Assembly: GCA_964016885.1 (NCBI GenBank)
Contig: OZ024755.1
Coordinates: forward strand, 18,104,001-18,168,000
Reading direction: 5' to 3'
Length of the DNA stretch: 64,000 bases
Origin: Eledone cirrhosa
Taxonomy: Eukaryota
The position numbers and the translations under genes are program-made. Every line of letters starts with the position of its first letter. The first letter of the stretch is position 1. A model generated the notes under the pieces. It was not told the DNA's origin. It did no database searches and was given only the letters and a program-made list of their open reading frames with translations. This document shows, in pieces, positions 15,201-27,800 of this stretch.

Positions 15201-18192
15201 AAGCTATAACGGAGGAGTTCAAGACCGGCTGCCCATGGGAACTTCTATACGCAGACGATCTAACGCTCATAGCCGAATCAATGGCTGAGCTAGAAAAGAA
15301 ATTCCAAACATGGAAGCATGGCCTAGAATCAAAAGGTCTTAAAGTCTTGTCTAAGAGAAAGTCCTAATATGTAGGAAGGAGAATAGGGCACTGGTCCCAT
15401 CTGGGAAATGGCCATGCTCAGTGTGTAGGAAAGGAGTAGGCAGAAACTCCATTTTATGTCCCAAATGCAAAGTGTGGGTGCATAAAAGATGTAATGGGAT
15501 CACAGGTAAGCTAACTAAGAATATAGATTTTATATGTGGCCGGTGCTCTGGTGCAATAAGTAGCAGCAGAATACTAGCTCATTCCATTGCCCAGATGGTT
15601 CTATAGAAATAGTGGACACCTTCCGTTACCTGGGTGACAAAATCAGCAGTGGTGGAGGGTGCTCCGAAAGTACTGTAGCTAGAGTCCGAACGGGATGGAA
15701 AAAGTTCAGAGAGCTTATACCACTATTGGCCGCTAAAGAGTTCTCTCTAAAAATAAAAGGCAGGCTGTATGATGCCTGCATACGAACAGCAATGTTACAT
15801 GGCAGTGAGACATGGGCATTGCGTGCAGAGGATCTACGCAGAGAGGAACGAAGCTTGCATGCTCCACTGGATGTGTAATAGTAATATACGCGAACGGCAA
15901 AGCATAAATGAACTAAGTGAGAAATTAGGAATAAGAGGAATCAGATGTTGTTTACTCGAGAGAAGACTACGTTGGTATGGCCACGTGATGCGCATGAAAG
16001 ATGACAGCTGTATAAAAAAGTGCAGGGCGATCAAAATAGACGGTAGCTACGGAGTAGGCAGACCCAGAAAAACCTGGGACGACTTGATAAAATCCGACCT
16101 CACACACTTACACCTCTCCAAGACAATGTCACTGGACCGAGAACTTTGGCGCTACGTAGTAATACAGAAGACCCGCCTTGCCTAAGTACAAAGTGAAACC
16201 TACAGTCAGTAGGCACCTCTTAACCAAAATACACCCCCGTCCCACTAACCTTACCCCCACCACCCCTTTCGATGTAAAGCTATGTTGGTACCCCAACATC
16301 CAGTCCTAAATAAATGAGGTCGTGTAGGTGTCACGACAAAAAAACACACAGTCCACGCTGTAATGTGGTCGTGTAGGTAACACGGTAAAAACCTCCCAGT
16401 CCACACTGTAAAGGTGGTTGGTGTTAGGAAGGGCATCCAGCCGTAGAAAACCCGTCAGACAGTCCTGAGCAAGACAACCAATCTTGCCTCAAGTGGGACA
16501 ATTCCCCTCCAGACCCATGCTAGCGTGGAAAATGGACGTTAAACGATGATGATATATATATATATATATATATAACAAAGCAAACAACACAGTATATTGA
16601 AGAAATATATGAGTTTAACGCTTGAAATAACGGGAAAAGAGTCTTAAAATTTCGGACACTAGTCTTTTATCAGAAATAAAAGATTAGAAAGAGAAAAAAC
16701 ACATGTATAAAGTCAGCCATTTTGGAGATTATATATTTATATATTTCTTTTGTTTCAGGTTTGGTGTAAATATGACCAGAAGTATGCTCTACAGAATGTA
16801 ACACGTGAAGTCAATGTGTCTTCTGTTGAAGATGCCACTTATGTCATAACTCTACAGAATATAACAAAATTAGAAAATGTATCCAAAGAGTTACCTGTTG
16901 AAAAATGTAAGTTGGATCAAGCAGGATTGTTGAAGGACATTTATTGTTTCTTTAGAGTTGATTTTAATATGTTTACTTTGTTGAAGTAAACATCTGATAG
17001 TCTTAATCATAATTTTATGTAAGAACCTTCATTAAGTTATGCTCCAAATACTATCTTAATAACAAAGTTAGTTTTATTAGTAAATCAATTCAAATTCTTG
17101 GTTATTTTCAAAATCATTTGAAAATCACAAGCAGTAACTTTCATGAGAAATGGGATAACAAAAAGGTAAATAAAGTATTTTGTGTGAAAACAAGTGTTTT
17201 TCCTACAAACATGGTGGTGATGTTCTTTTTATTTCTATATTTCAGGTTACTGTTTGATGAGTTACATCAATTTCAATGATTCAATATCAGGCATTGTTTT
17301 GCTGGTCATTTCACTGTTATTACTGGTATTGTGTCTCATGGGAATGGTACGCCTGCTTCACTCGATGCTCCGTGGACCAGTAGCTACAGCCTTAAAGAAA
17401 ACCATAAATTCTGACATTCCGAAACCATTTTCATTTCTAACTGGATACGTAGCAATCATTATTGGAGCTCTGTTAACAATAATTCTTCAAAGTAGTTCCA
17501 TATTTACATCAACTCTCACACCTTTAGTTGGCATGGGTGTCATTCACATTGAGCGAATGTATCCGCTAACTTTAGGTTCCAACATTGGTACTACTGCTAC
17601 TGGTTTGCTCGCAGCTATGGCTAACTCTGGAGACAAGCTGAAAGCTGCTCTGCAAATTGGACTCTGCCATTTTTTATTTAATGTGACTGGTATTTTAATA
17701 TTTTATCCAATACCAATCATGCGTAAGCTTCCTATCAACCTGGCAAAAATGTTGGGCAACACAACAGCGAAATATCGCTGGTTTGCTTTCTTCTATCTCT
17801 TCACTGCATTCTTTCTTCTACCAGCATTCATCTTTGCCTTGTCGCTGGCCGGCAAATATGCATTGATGACAGCTGCAGCCATCATTATCCCTCTTCTTGC
17901 CTTCATTATCATCGTTAATGTCTTACAAAGAAAAAAGAACAGGCTCCTGCCAAAAGTGTTGAGGAACTGGAACTGGCTTCCTCTCTGCTTACATTCGCTA
18001 GAACCGATGGACAAGTTCCTGTCAAAATTCACAGGATTCTGTAAAATGTGTCAAAAAAAGTTGGATCAGCCAAGAACAGCTGAGGCATCCAACCTGAGTA
18101 CGATACATTCTTGTGATGTAAGTCCAAGAGCTGAAAGTCCTACTAGTTTTAATTCTACATCACAACTTATACAGAAAACTACCAAATTTTGA
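1579..18192 (+). CDS. SLC34A: SLC34 / NaPi-II sodium-dependent phosphate cotransporter, 7 visible exons, N-terminus upstream of window
   Basis: Exons 1579-1719, 5804-5935, 9859-10050, 11493-11611, 12991-13056, 16759-16906 and 17246-18192 join in frame through GT-AG introns (1745 nt). Both QSSS repeats are present ([21 protein letters not shown]), plus [22 protein letters not shown] and [12 protein letters not shown], all hallmarks of SLC34. Confidence 0.96.
1945..2256. repeat. 122-bp tandem repeat, ~2.5 copies
   Basis: Units start at 1945, 2067 and 2189. Confidence 0.92.
2563..2835 (+). mobile_element. 5'-truncated copy of the RTE 3' UTR
   Basis: Near-identical to 16287-16550; another copy begins at 63969 at the window edge. 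Confidence 0.85.
3608..3750. repeat. 50-bp tandem triplication of a piggyBac-like MITE end
   Basis: ttaaccctttagatacc.. repeated with period 50. Confidence 0.8.
5804..5935 (+). CDS. SLC34A: SLC34 exon (first QSSS repeat)
   Basis: tttctag acceptor; [33 protein letters not shown]; donor a|gtaagt. Confidence 0.95.
7132..7196 (-). ncRNA. Minimal type I hammerhead ribozyme, same family as 52321-52386
   Basis: Minus strand reads UAUUUUAU CUGAUGA AAGCGCACCA..UGGUGUCCUU GAA AUAUGUAU A AUGAAAUA. Confidence 0.7.
7250..7859 (-). mobile_element. Bipartite non-autonomous RTE derivative (5' UTR fused to 3' end); related copies at 59916-60456 and 19274-19487
   Basis: Minus 3' part encodes the RTE-type C2H2 remnant [22 protein letters not shown], followed by a CTCG-AAAA-CGAG tail hairpin and (TA)n; 5' part has TAGGAGAAGGAAAACTCTGA, a motif I associate with RTE 5' UTRs. 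Confidence 0.6.
8652..8979. mobile_element. Degenerate mariner-like MITE
   Basis: Imperfect TIR ..GCTGAGAAGTTCATAGGCTGA / TCAGCCTATGAACTTTTCGGTT..; internal ~140-bp duplication. Confidence 0.6.
9859..10050 (+). CDS. SLC34A: SLC34 exon (GANIGTS...ATVHD)
   Basis: ttttccag acceptor, g|gtaatt donor, 192 nt, phase 1/1. Confidence 0.95.
10125..10680. repeat. 45/48-bp minisatellite
   Basis: Unit TACACTCTGTAAAGTAGTAGTGATGGTGCCTT(GAT)AAGATATATCC(A/G)G. Confidence 0.93.
11493..11611 (+). CDS. SLC34A: SLC34 exon ([11 protein letters not shown]...[14 protein letters not shown])
   Basis: ttttacag acceptor, caa|gtgagt donor; matches the LKVIT.P.T..I.Q motif of NaPi-II. Confidence 0.92.
11810..12390 (-). 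mobile_element. Decayed RTE-like LINE 3' fragment
   Basis: [18 protein letters not shown] motif; further RTE 3' remnants at ~12390-12620, ~28150-28620, ~34010-34320 and ~58370-58760. Confidence 0.6.
12991..13056 (+). CDS. SLC34A: SLC34 66-nt exon ([22 protein letters not shown]), absent from the ORF track
   Basis: tttttgtag acceptor, aag|gtaaaa donor, phase 0/0; LDKKVI..IA.G motif of NaPi-II. Confidence 0.9.
14285..16550 (+). mobile_element. RTE-clade LINE, 5'-truncated and frameshifted, in SLC34 intron 5
   Basis: RT motifs [38 protein letters not shown]; C-terminal RRLRWYGHV and GRPRKTW; 3' UTR ending ggacgttaaac(gat)n. Confidence 0.93.
16759..16906 (+). CDS. SLC34A: SLC34 exon, large extracellular loop with four N-glycosylation sequons (NVT, NVS, NIT, NVS)
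   Basis: tgtttcag acceptor, t|gtaagt donor; VWCK...EKC cysteine pair as in the vertebrate loop. Confidence 0.88.
17246..18192 (+). CDS. SLC34A: SLC34 terminal exon (second repeat, C-terminal TMs, ends TTKF)
   Basis: atttcag acceptor, 312-aa ORF, TGA at 18190-18192. Confidence 0.95.
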
Positions 18193-18344
18193 TAATGTAT
18201 AAATTAGTAGTTCATTGTAAAATAATAATTATTCATTTAAGAAATACTTTTTATTTCTTTTCACCTGAAAAAACTTTTTTTCCATTTGACAGCAGTTCTG
18301 TAATTATCAACATTACTTACAGTTTACATATAGGTGTGGCTGTG

Positions 18345-19010
18345 AATATATATATATATATATATATATACATTGTGTGTGTGTATCGAGTATGTATGTA
18401 TATATACAGGTGTGTGTGTGTGTGTGTGTATCGAATATGTATGTATATATACAGGTGTGTGAGTGTGTATCGAGTCTGTATGTATATATACACACACGTG
18501 TGTGTGTGTGTGTGTATTTATATGCACATGTATGTGTTGTCATATATATAAAATAGTGTTGGAATACATTATATATATTATCTTTATGTATATATATATT
18601 ATGTATATAATATGTGTATATATTGTGTATGTATGTATATATATATTATGTATATAATATGTGTATATATTATCTTTATGTATATATTGTGTATGTATAT
18701 ATGTGTATACATTATCTTTATGTATATATATAATATGTGTATATATTATCTTTATGTATATATTGTGTATGTATATATATATTATGTATATAATATGTGT
18801 ATATATTATCTTTATGTATGTATATATATATATTATGTATATATTATCTTTATGTATATATTGTGTATGTATATATATATTATGTATATAATATGTGTAT
18901 ACATTATCTTTATGTATATATTGTGTATGTATATATATATATTATGTATATATATTGTGTGTATATAAATATATATTATGTATGTGTGTATGTGTGTGTA
19001 TTCACATGTA
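18345..19010. repeat. Compound TA/TG microsatellite just downstream of the SLC34 stop codon
   Basis: Higher-order TATTATCTTTATGTATATA units. Confidence 0.9.
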
Positions 19011-19229
19011 TGTAATGCTGATAATACTGACATTGCCGGATGTAAATATTGTTCATCTCAGTAGCACATTAGAAGCAAGGTATTATAGGAAAGCTATTCA
19101 TATGGATATTTTAGATAAATAAAATAGGAATTTACCATTAGAAAACCCATCTTTTGAGGCTGTTAATTGTGTGTGTGTGTAATAGATATTGGAGCATGTG
19201 TGCTCCTAACTATAACACATTGTTATTTA

Positions 19230-19274
<45 letters not shown>

Positions 19275-21423
19275 GGTGGTTGCCAACTGGTTTTCGAGTA
19301 CGGCCACTACTTTATATCTATGTAGGAGAAGCCCTGCCGATGCGCTGAACAAGTGTGACTTTTTAGTCCAGCCAGCGACTTGAAAACTGGTACAAACACT
19401 ACACTTGTGACAATTATTGACACACAGTGCTGGGCCCATGGTACCATGTGACGACAAGTGCAGAGAGATCTCCAGATATAAAGCAATGGATTAGTATATA
19501 TATGTGTATACACATAGATTATATTTGTGTGTTCAAGGTTCTAGGACTGGGAAGACTACAAATCAGGGTAGTAATTAATGTATATTAAGTTACACTCCTC
19601 TTCAAATCCATTATTTATTGGGCCTTGGCAATGCTTGATATCTAGAGGGCTTTCCATTGGGACTGTACTTTATTCTATATATGTATGTATGTATGTATGT
19701 ATGTGTGTATGTATGTATAAACTGAAGCAGCAATTGTATATATTTAAAACATTATTTTTCACTAATACACCATTCTAGTTGGTGTGTGCATTTGTTTTCA
19801 AAAGGATTTGCATGTGGGCACAGTTATTTCCAAAACCATTTTACAACAACGACACTGTCTTATAGACATGGCTGAATTAACAACTGCTGCTGGGAAAATG
19901 GATTTTTTTTTAAAAAGTTTACAAACAACTAAATTAACTCTCTGGTCCCAAATAATGAGGGGGTGGGGAATTGGTAAAAGAATCAGGTTTTACAGGAAAA
20001 ACAAACTAGCAAAAGACCCAGTGGTAGACTCTGAGCAAGATGGTTGGATAACATCTATGAGGTTGGCTAGTCTTGCCTAGTGATCCAGTCGGATCAATTG
20101 GAGACAACTGCTTCTGACAGGACCCACTGGAAGGAGTTTTTGAGGACTGTCCCCATGGCTCTCAGGAATAAGTAGATGAAGAAGTCTCCATTGAATTTTT
20201 TTATTTTTCTGAGAAACCAGAATTAGTCATTTAGTTTACATATTGAGACCCCAACCCATCCTATTTATTTTATAACGTATGGGATTTCTAGTAATGTACT
20301 TGTTATGTATAATATTTTTCAATGTATAAAGAAAATTAATTGTCGCAGGGATGCTATCACTTAAAATAAAATTTTGGCGGAGATAGGTTAGCAAAATTTA
20401 ATAAGTGATGGGAGTGAAGGAATGGCTATTTGAGACCCGAGAATAGATGAGTATGTGGCAATTTTGTTTTGGTTTTCTAATTTACAAACTTATTTTAATT
20501 TTGAAAAAAAAAAAAGCATAGTGAATGTTGTAGAGCAGGACTTCTCAAACTTTTTACTTGCTAGATCCTCAACCCCTTGTAACTAAATTTCTAAACCCCT
20601 TTCTCCCTACAAATATATTAATTGAATACAAAATGACAAAGTATGACTAATTTGCAAGTGTTTAATACAATTTACATGAGAAGATTCAGTAAATTATAAA
20701 TGCTTTTATTCCTTCCTAGATATACCCAATATAGACCATTTGAGAAACCCTTGCTTAGCTGGCTCTTCAGCCAAACTTTTTTAAATTCTAGTTTATTTCA
20801 CTTCATTTATTTCATTATTGACCATTATGACGGCATAAACATTACAAATCTTCATTTGCCCACCCCCACTGAAACTAAGTTTAATGTCTATTTGAATATA
20901 TGATGTTTGTGATTACCAAACAGTTATTTCAGAAATTAGCACTTCAAAGGTTATTGTGAGAAAATAATTAATTCTTATCCTCTTGTAACGATTTACCAGA
21001 AAATATCTAGAAATGGGCGACTTTTAACCGTTTATAGTGTTTTGTTTATTTGGCGGGTAGATCGATGTGGAAATTTGCGATATTGAAATAAAACACTTGA
21101 CTTTTTAAAGTGATGCATTCATAGTGCTGTTTTATATTTATTAAGAATGTCTTGCTACTTACTAATGTGGTTTCATGTGGTACAGGACGTTAAGATTTAA
21201 AACTAAACACTAAATGCATTTCTTAGTTCTGGTGGTGTAGCTTTACTTTCCATTATCTCATTATCTGTGTATATTTTTTTATGTATGTGTACACATACAC
21301 ACATATATATATGTATCATCATCATCATCATTTCATTTTACGTCCGCTTTTCCCTGCTTGCAAATGTATATATATGTGTATATTATATATGTATATATAT
21401 ATATATATGTGTATATATATATG

Positions 21424-21490
<67 letters not shown>

Positions 21491-22544
21491 GTGTACATAT
21501 ATGATGATGATATTTTCCATTATTTGTATATAATATATAAATCTTTACAAGGATCTAGGGTCCAATTATTACTGGGAAGCTATTTATCTTCAATGCAAAA
21601 TATATGTTAAATAATGTCAATGACTTCATTTGAAGCCAAATATATCATATGATGATATGCTACTCTCTATGGTGTCGTATAATTAATTCTACATTTCATC
21701 ATTACACATCATATCATATATAACTTTATTATGTGTATATAAATATATACTTACTCTTATAAAGATTGGTTCAACCTAATTACGGTTCATTATCAACAAT
21801 TATTTCATTACAGAAAAGTGTTCTTTGGTTAAAACTAGATTTTTCAGCTAGTATCACAAGTACCATTCAAAATGGTTTTTTTTTCTTTTTTTTTTTTCCC
21901 CCCCTTCTTCCAAACAAGTCTCTTTATTTTTAATAAAAAATTAAGATCAAAATAGAAAAAAAAAATTAATAATAAATTAGTAATTAATAGATATTTATAG
22001 GTAAGTGCTTTTCCAAAATAAATCTTGCAATCTATTCTGAAAAATTTAGTTTATTTTTAAATACTTTGGGAGTTTTTCTCAATTTTTTAAAATCATTAAA
22101 ATAATTTCCTTTCCATAAATATGAAAAAAAAAACATTTAATTTCTTTTTTAATTTCATGGTTTAAATTCATTTTATTTACACTGATTTGATAAACTATTT
22201 GATAAAAAAAAAAAAAAAAAAAAAAAATCAAGTGTTTTTTCCTTCTTTTTGCTGTTTTATTTTATTTTGTTCCCCCTCCCCCTTTTTTAATATTTGAGAA
22301 ATGATTTTTTTAAATTTAACAAAATAAAATTTAATGTGAAATAATTTATATTTAATTCCTCGTAATTTTAATATAAAATTTTCTAAAATTGGCACAAGGC
22401 TTCAAATTATGTCACACATGTTTAGGCTATATTCCCTGCTAAAGCATGGGTTAGCTTTGTGAGCCCATTACAGGTTTAATCATAGTCATTTTTAGGGTCC
22501 TATTTTGAAGCAATATTTTATGACTAGATACCCTTCACAGTATC

Positions 22545-22891
22545 AAACTGTTTAGTCACCTCACATGTGGCAATACTGTGTACCTATTCTAAACTGTAGT
22601 CACCTCGCACACGTGGCAATACTGTGTACCTCTTTTAAACTTTAGTCACCTCACACATGTGGCAATACTGTGTACCTATTCTAAACTGTTTAGTCACCTC
22701 ATGTGGCAATACTGAGTACCTATTCTAAACTGTTTAGTCACCTCATGTGGCAATACAGAGTACCTATTCTAAACTGTTTAGTTACCTCATACATGTAGTG
22801 TTATGGTGTACCTTTAGTCACCTCACACATGTGGCAATACTGTGTACCTTTAGTCACCTCATGTGGCAATACAGAGTACCTATTCTAAACT
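22545..22891. repeat. ~35-47-bp degenerate minisatellite
   Basis: AGTCACCTCACATGTGGCAATACTGTGTACCTATTCTAAACTGTTT units. Confidence 0.9.
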
Positions 22892-24121
22892 AGGTAGGAG
22901 AGGAAACCGTCAATTAAATTGACTTTGATACTGAATTGTTTTGTTTGGCACCAAGAAGACAAAAATAACTATTGCAGGATTTGAACACAGAACATAAAAG
23001 ATACATCTAAATGCTTAACATTTAAACTGGCCATATCCGGCCAGAATTCTCTCACCTCTTTCTGTTCAAACCGGCCGCTCATACTGATGTTAAGGTATTG
23101 TTCTCAAAATAAATAATATCAAAATCTCATAGATTCAATATTATGAGATAATCATGTCGGGTAGAGTCTTTACCGTGAAAATACAATATATATATAGAGT
23201 AAAGGGTTAAAGGTATTTTCTGATCATCATAATGGTTCTGTCATCCATTAAACTTCTAATATGAAATAATGAATTCTTTTTCATTAAGTTATTAATCTTT
23301 TTTTTTTTAGACTTCCTTACAAACCTAAAATTATATATGAAAGAATCAAAACAATAGCTAAGACATTTTTATAAATATATTTTTTTATCTATCTCCTCCA
23401 TCTTGCAAGTCAAAAATAATATGTTCATCAGAATGATGAGAAGAAAGCTTTTTATTGTGTTTATCTAAAAGTATTAATACAATATCTACTACATTGTGAT
23501 AAAATTTTGAAAAATTTAATTTTTTAGTAACTGTTACTATGAATGTTAACCACTTATCTGATTGGCATAAAGTCAGACAGACATGCTCCACATATTGAGC
23601 CTTTGGACGTTCTGTCTCTGCTCTCTATTCTCCCACTATTACAATGGCCTCTGCTCTATGGAGCCAGCTGACCTTGTGTCACCAACACTCATGCCTGCCT
23701 CATCTCTCCTCATCACCTCTATATAATAGTGTCCAGACCCTGCATTAACCAGTGCCCAGTTCTCTAAAAATCTCCCTAAATACATCTTTCCTGTAAGAGT
23801 TGACCAGCAACAATTTAAATAACAGCATCAATCTCAAAGGGCCTGCAATGTTCAGTGTTACATCCCCAGCCTTTAGACCTAGCATGTCATTCCTGCAGTT
23901 GTTGACCTGTAACAAATATAAACTGAACTCATTGGTCTCTGAGTCTGCCTTCAATTGTCATGGGTTTAGTCCCTTCCTCTACAGCTAGCAAATATTAATA
24001 AAAAATCAAAAAAAATCTATTTTGTTTATTGATATCAGTGCTTCCGTGTGGGTGTAGCTGTGTGGTAAATAAGATTAAATACAGGAATAAGAGAACATTA
24101 CTGAGATACAAGGGGAGGAAA

Positions 24122-24193
<72 letters not shown>

Positions 24194-24424
24194 TGATGGG
24201 TCCATCAACTCATTTATATATATGTATGTGTATATATATATATATATATGTATGTATATATATATATATGTATATAGATTTTGAGTTTATGTTGGTTGTA
24301 TACCAACACCTCAGTATGCAGGCTGGAGCACTCGACGAAGTGCGCAGGTTGGTTTGGTTACTCCGGAGTAGTGTAAAATAAAGTTAAATAAAAGTCAAAT
24401 GATTAAAATTTAGCTTCGTTTATT

Positions 24425-24479
24425 ACTGCTATATATATTTCAGTGACAGCCATCTTTGGCTGTGACATCTTCAGGCAGT
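24425..24479 (-). ncRNA. Minimal type I hammerhead ribozyme
   Basis: Minus strand reads ACUGC CUGAAGA U GUCACAGCCA AAGA UGGCUGUCAC U GAA AUAUAUAU A GCAGU; stem I 5 bp, palindromic stem III. Confidence 0.72.
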
Positions 24480-24678
24480 TTGAATTAGTATGGTATAGAC
24501 AAGTACATATGTTGTTTAGGTGTATAATATTTTCAATACTCTGATATGCCCAGTTCCTTGTTGGGTTGTTAATTCACTGAGGAACTGGAGTCATATGTAT
24601 ATATATACATATATGTTTATATATATATCTGCATGTTGACGGCTGAGAGAAAGTATTCAACACTGGAGTAGTTTTAAT

Positions 24679-24810
24679 ATTTTATTAAGACTAAATAGTG
24701 AGTCTTGTTAATCTGGAGTTTCGCCTGTTTATCACAGGATCATCATATGACCCTGTGGTAACTGGCGAAACTTCAGAGCTATAAGACTCACTATCTAGCC
24801 TTAATAAAAT
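24679..24810. repeat. ~130-bp imperfect palindrome formed from two fused retroelement 3' ends
   Basis: ATTTTATTAAG..GTGAGTCTT..GAGTTTCGCC inverted against GGCGAAACTT..AAGACTCAC..CTTAATAAAAT. Confidence 0.8.
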
Positions 24811-27800
24811 GAATTTATATATATATAGTGTAATCTATTAGTTATCAAGAAGAAGAGATAACTCCATCTGTGAGAAGTGTTAAATATAAGTAAATTGTTT
24901 TATTGCAAAAGTCTTTAGAATTTTTTTTGGGGGGAAAACTGCCGTGTAATGCCACCTTTCATGGTATTTAATAAAATTCATATTTAGAATATTTAAATTT
25001 AACCAGTCTTTCAATGGAATTTAAATGCCATGTAGTGTGGTTAGTAAACTCAACATTTCTGTGTCCACGCTCATTTCAACATTTTAAACAAAAACTACAT
25101 TCTTGAAACAACACATTATTATTATCTAGGGCGGTAGAGGGTTGGACGCCATGCTTTCCAGCATAGTTATTACGTCCCTTTACGATCTGAGTTCAAATCC
25201 CGCCGAGGTTAACTTTGCCTTTCATCCTTACAGGGTCGATAAAATAAAGTACCAGCAATGCACTGGGTAATTGCTGGCCTTGTGCCTAAAGTAGAAACAA
25301 TTATTATCTAGGGCGGTAGATTGGCAGTATCAGTAGAGCGTCGGACATCATGCTTCGCAGCACAGAGTTGCGTCCCTTCACGTACTGATTTCAAATCCCG
25401 TACAGGGGTGATAAAATAAAGTACCAGTAACACATTGGGGTCCCCGCAAAATTACTGGCCTTGTGCCTCTTGCCATTCTGAGTTCAAATCCCGCCGAGGT
25501 TAACTTTGCCTTTCATCCTTACGGGGTCGATAAAATAAAGTACCAGTAATGCACTGGATAATTGCTGGCCGTGTGCCTAAAGTAGAAACAATTATTACTA
25601 CAACTACTACCACCACACCTATAACTGCTACTACTACTACTACTACTATCACCACTACCATTACAACTATCACCATTACTATTACCACCACTACTACTAC
25701 TATTATTAGTCAGTGATGTCAAATTCTACTTCCCACATTTTTCTTTTTAAAACATTTAAACAGATTTGTAATCTTTTCCTTTCATCTCATGTTATTATTT
25801 GATCTTATTTTAATATTACTCTATTACATGTTCCAGTCAATAGGCTGAGGCCATGCTGGGGCACTGCCATTATATTATTTCTTCTCTCTTCTCCCTAATC
25901 CTCCTTACTGTTTACCTTTGCCTATTCTCTTATCATTCATTCATTACCATTTGTACAAGTGTCCTTGTATACTTGTTAAGTCTAAACCATAAAACATCAA
26001 TGTTCATTGATTAAACAAAAGCAGTCATCTCTTGTTTGCTTCTATTTTCCATTTTAACATATTTTCCTTTTTCAGCATCTTCTACGATTTTAAAGACTAG
26101 AAATTAAAACAAAACTTGGTTTGAGTGTGAGAGAGAGAATGTGATTTGATTTGTCTTAGAGAGTTATTTACCAAACATTAAATATTGCCAGAAAATCGAT
26201 TATCTTATAGTCCCATTTCAGTTGGTTGTTAGTGGCACCAAAATTAGGGGGTTGCAAATCCACACACACACAAATATATATAGAGAGAGGTAAAATCCTG
26301 ACCATGGCACCAAGCAGTTTTGGCTTTTCAAGTGTGTAGTAATATTTATAGGGTGTGAAAAATAGGTCTCCCCGGTCTTAGCACAGCAGACTCCATACAT
26401 ACACACACACACACATACATATATATATGTGTGTGTATCATGTATGAAGTCATGGCTGAGTGGTGAAGAAGTTCATCTCACAATCATGTTTGATCACATT
26501 TTGTGGTATCTTGGCCAAGTATTGATTCAACTCAAACTGGGTTGATGGAAACATGAAAGTCAGGCTTAGGGATTACGTTAAGGGGTACAATACATATGGA
26601 ATGATTAATAAATATATGTGTGTATATATATAGAGAGATGGATATATGCAACTCCTTTGTGAATATGCTGACAATGGTTCTCTGTTCAGGGATTTATATA
26701 CTTTTGATTGTCAATGTTTAGCTAGCTTTAGTCCTTCCTGAATATTACAGATATACAATGTAGCTTTCAAGATTTCAACCACTCGTCTAATGTATTATAT
26801 TTTTGAGAAGACACAGGCATGGCAGTGTGTTTTAGGAGTATCTTGATTCAGCCCTGCTGCTTGGCTTCCTGGTTTAGTGTGTTCTACTACAGCCATTCCC
26901 TTAGTTTTACAACTATACTGAGGTCACAAACTTTGTGGTATATTGTCCTGATCATCTTTATCAAAAACCTTTAAAAATCCATGCATACATGTTATAGGAT
27001 TGGTTAATAACAGTTTTTTTTCATGAATTTATAGGTTAAGTAACTGTTTTTACAGGCATTCTGAGGTTAAATAACTGATTTTAGACGAATTTAGAGGTTA
27101 AATAACTGTTTTTACATGCGCTCAGAATGCAGCAGCATCTTCTAGCCAGGTGGAAAGTATGTTTAGTATCACTCACTAAGATATTTTCCTCTAGGAACAT
27201 AATCAATTTCTATAACCTTGCTGATATGTGAAGTCAGAGATATAGGCCTGTATTTTTTCACATCTGCTCTGTTGTGGATAGCATATAGCCTCTATTTCAG
27301 GTTTTGGATAGTTTTACTAATCTCTAGATGGCTTTGGAGGAGTAGCTAAGGTGGTTTGGCTAAAGTTATTTTTTGTACATGTTTGTGTAATATTGAATTG
27401 GTCACCGAGTATTTCACTTATCCTCTGAAGGTCTGTAGTGAGTGGTTCACTGACTTCAAACAGTGACCTTATTTGGTGGCAAACAAAGGTTGGTTCCTTT
27501 GTGAAACTATAGAAAATATTTGTGTCGCCATTCATTACAATGTGGGTTATTTTCGCGTTGTTGTGAAGCAGAGATTTAAATTAGAATGAGGGCATCATAC
27601 CTGAAGAAGGAGCCCAATGAGGTGGATTGATTGATGTAGTGGATATCACTGGCTGTTCTTTGCTGCACTGATTTTGCCATCTTGTTTGTAGGGCACAGCT
27701 AATATATGGTGCCCAATTGAGGGTGCAGGGTTTACTATTACAAGGCAGAGGAATTTTACATTGTTGTAAAGCAGAGATAGATCCAAATTGGGATGAGGGT

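Noticed and set aside
20536-20753. hAT/Charlie-like MITE (CAGGACTTCTCAAA / TTTGAGAAACCCTTG)
   Set aside because: TIRs are imperfect and no 8-bp TSD is detectable
21087-21092. AATAAA as the SLC34 poly(A) signal (alternative near 19117)
   Set aside because: The hexamer is too frequent in this AT-rich DNA to assign without 3'-end data
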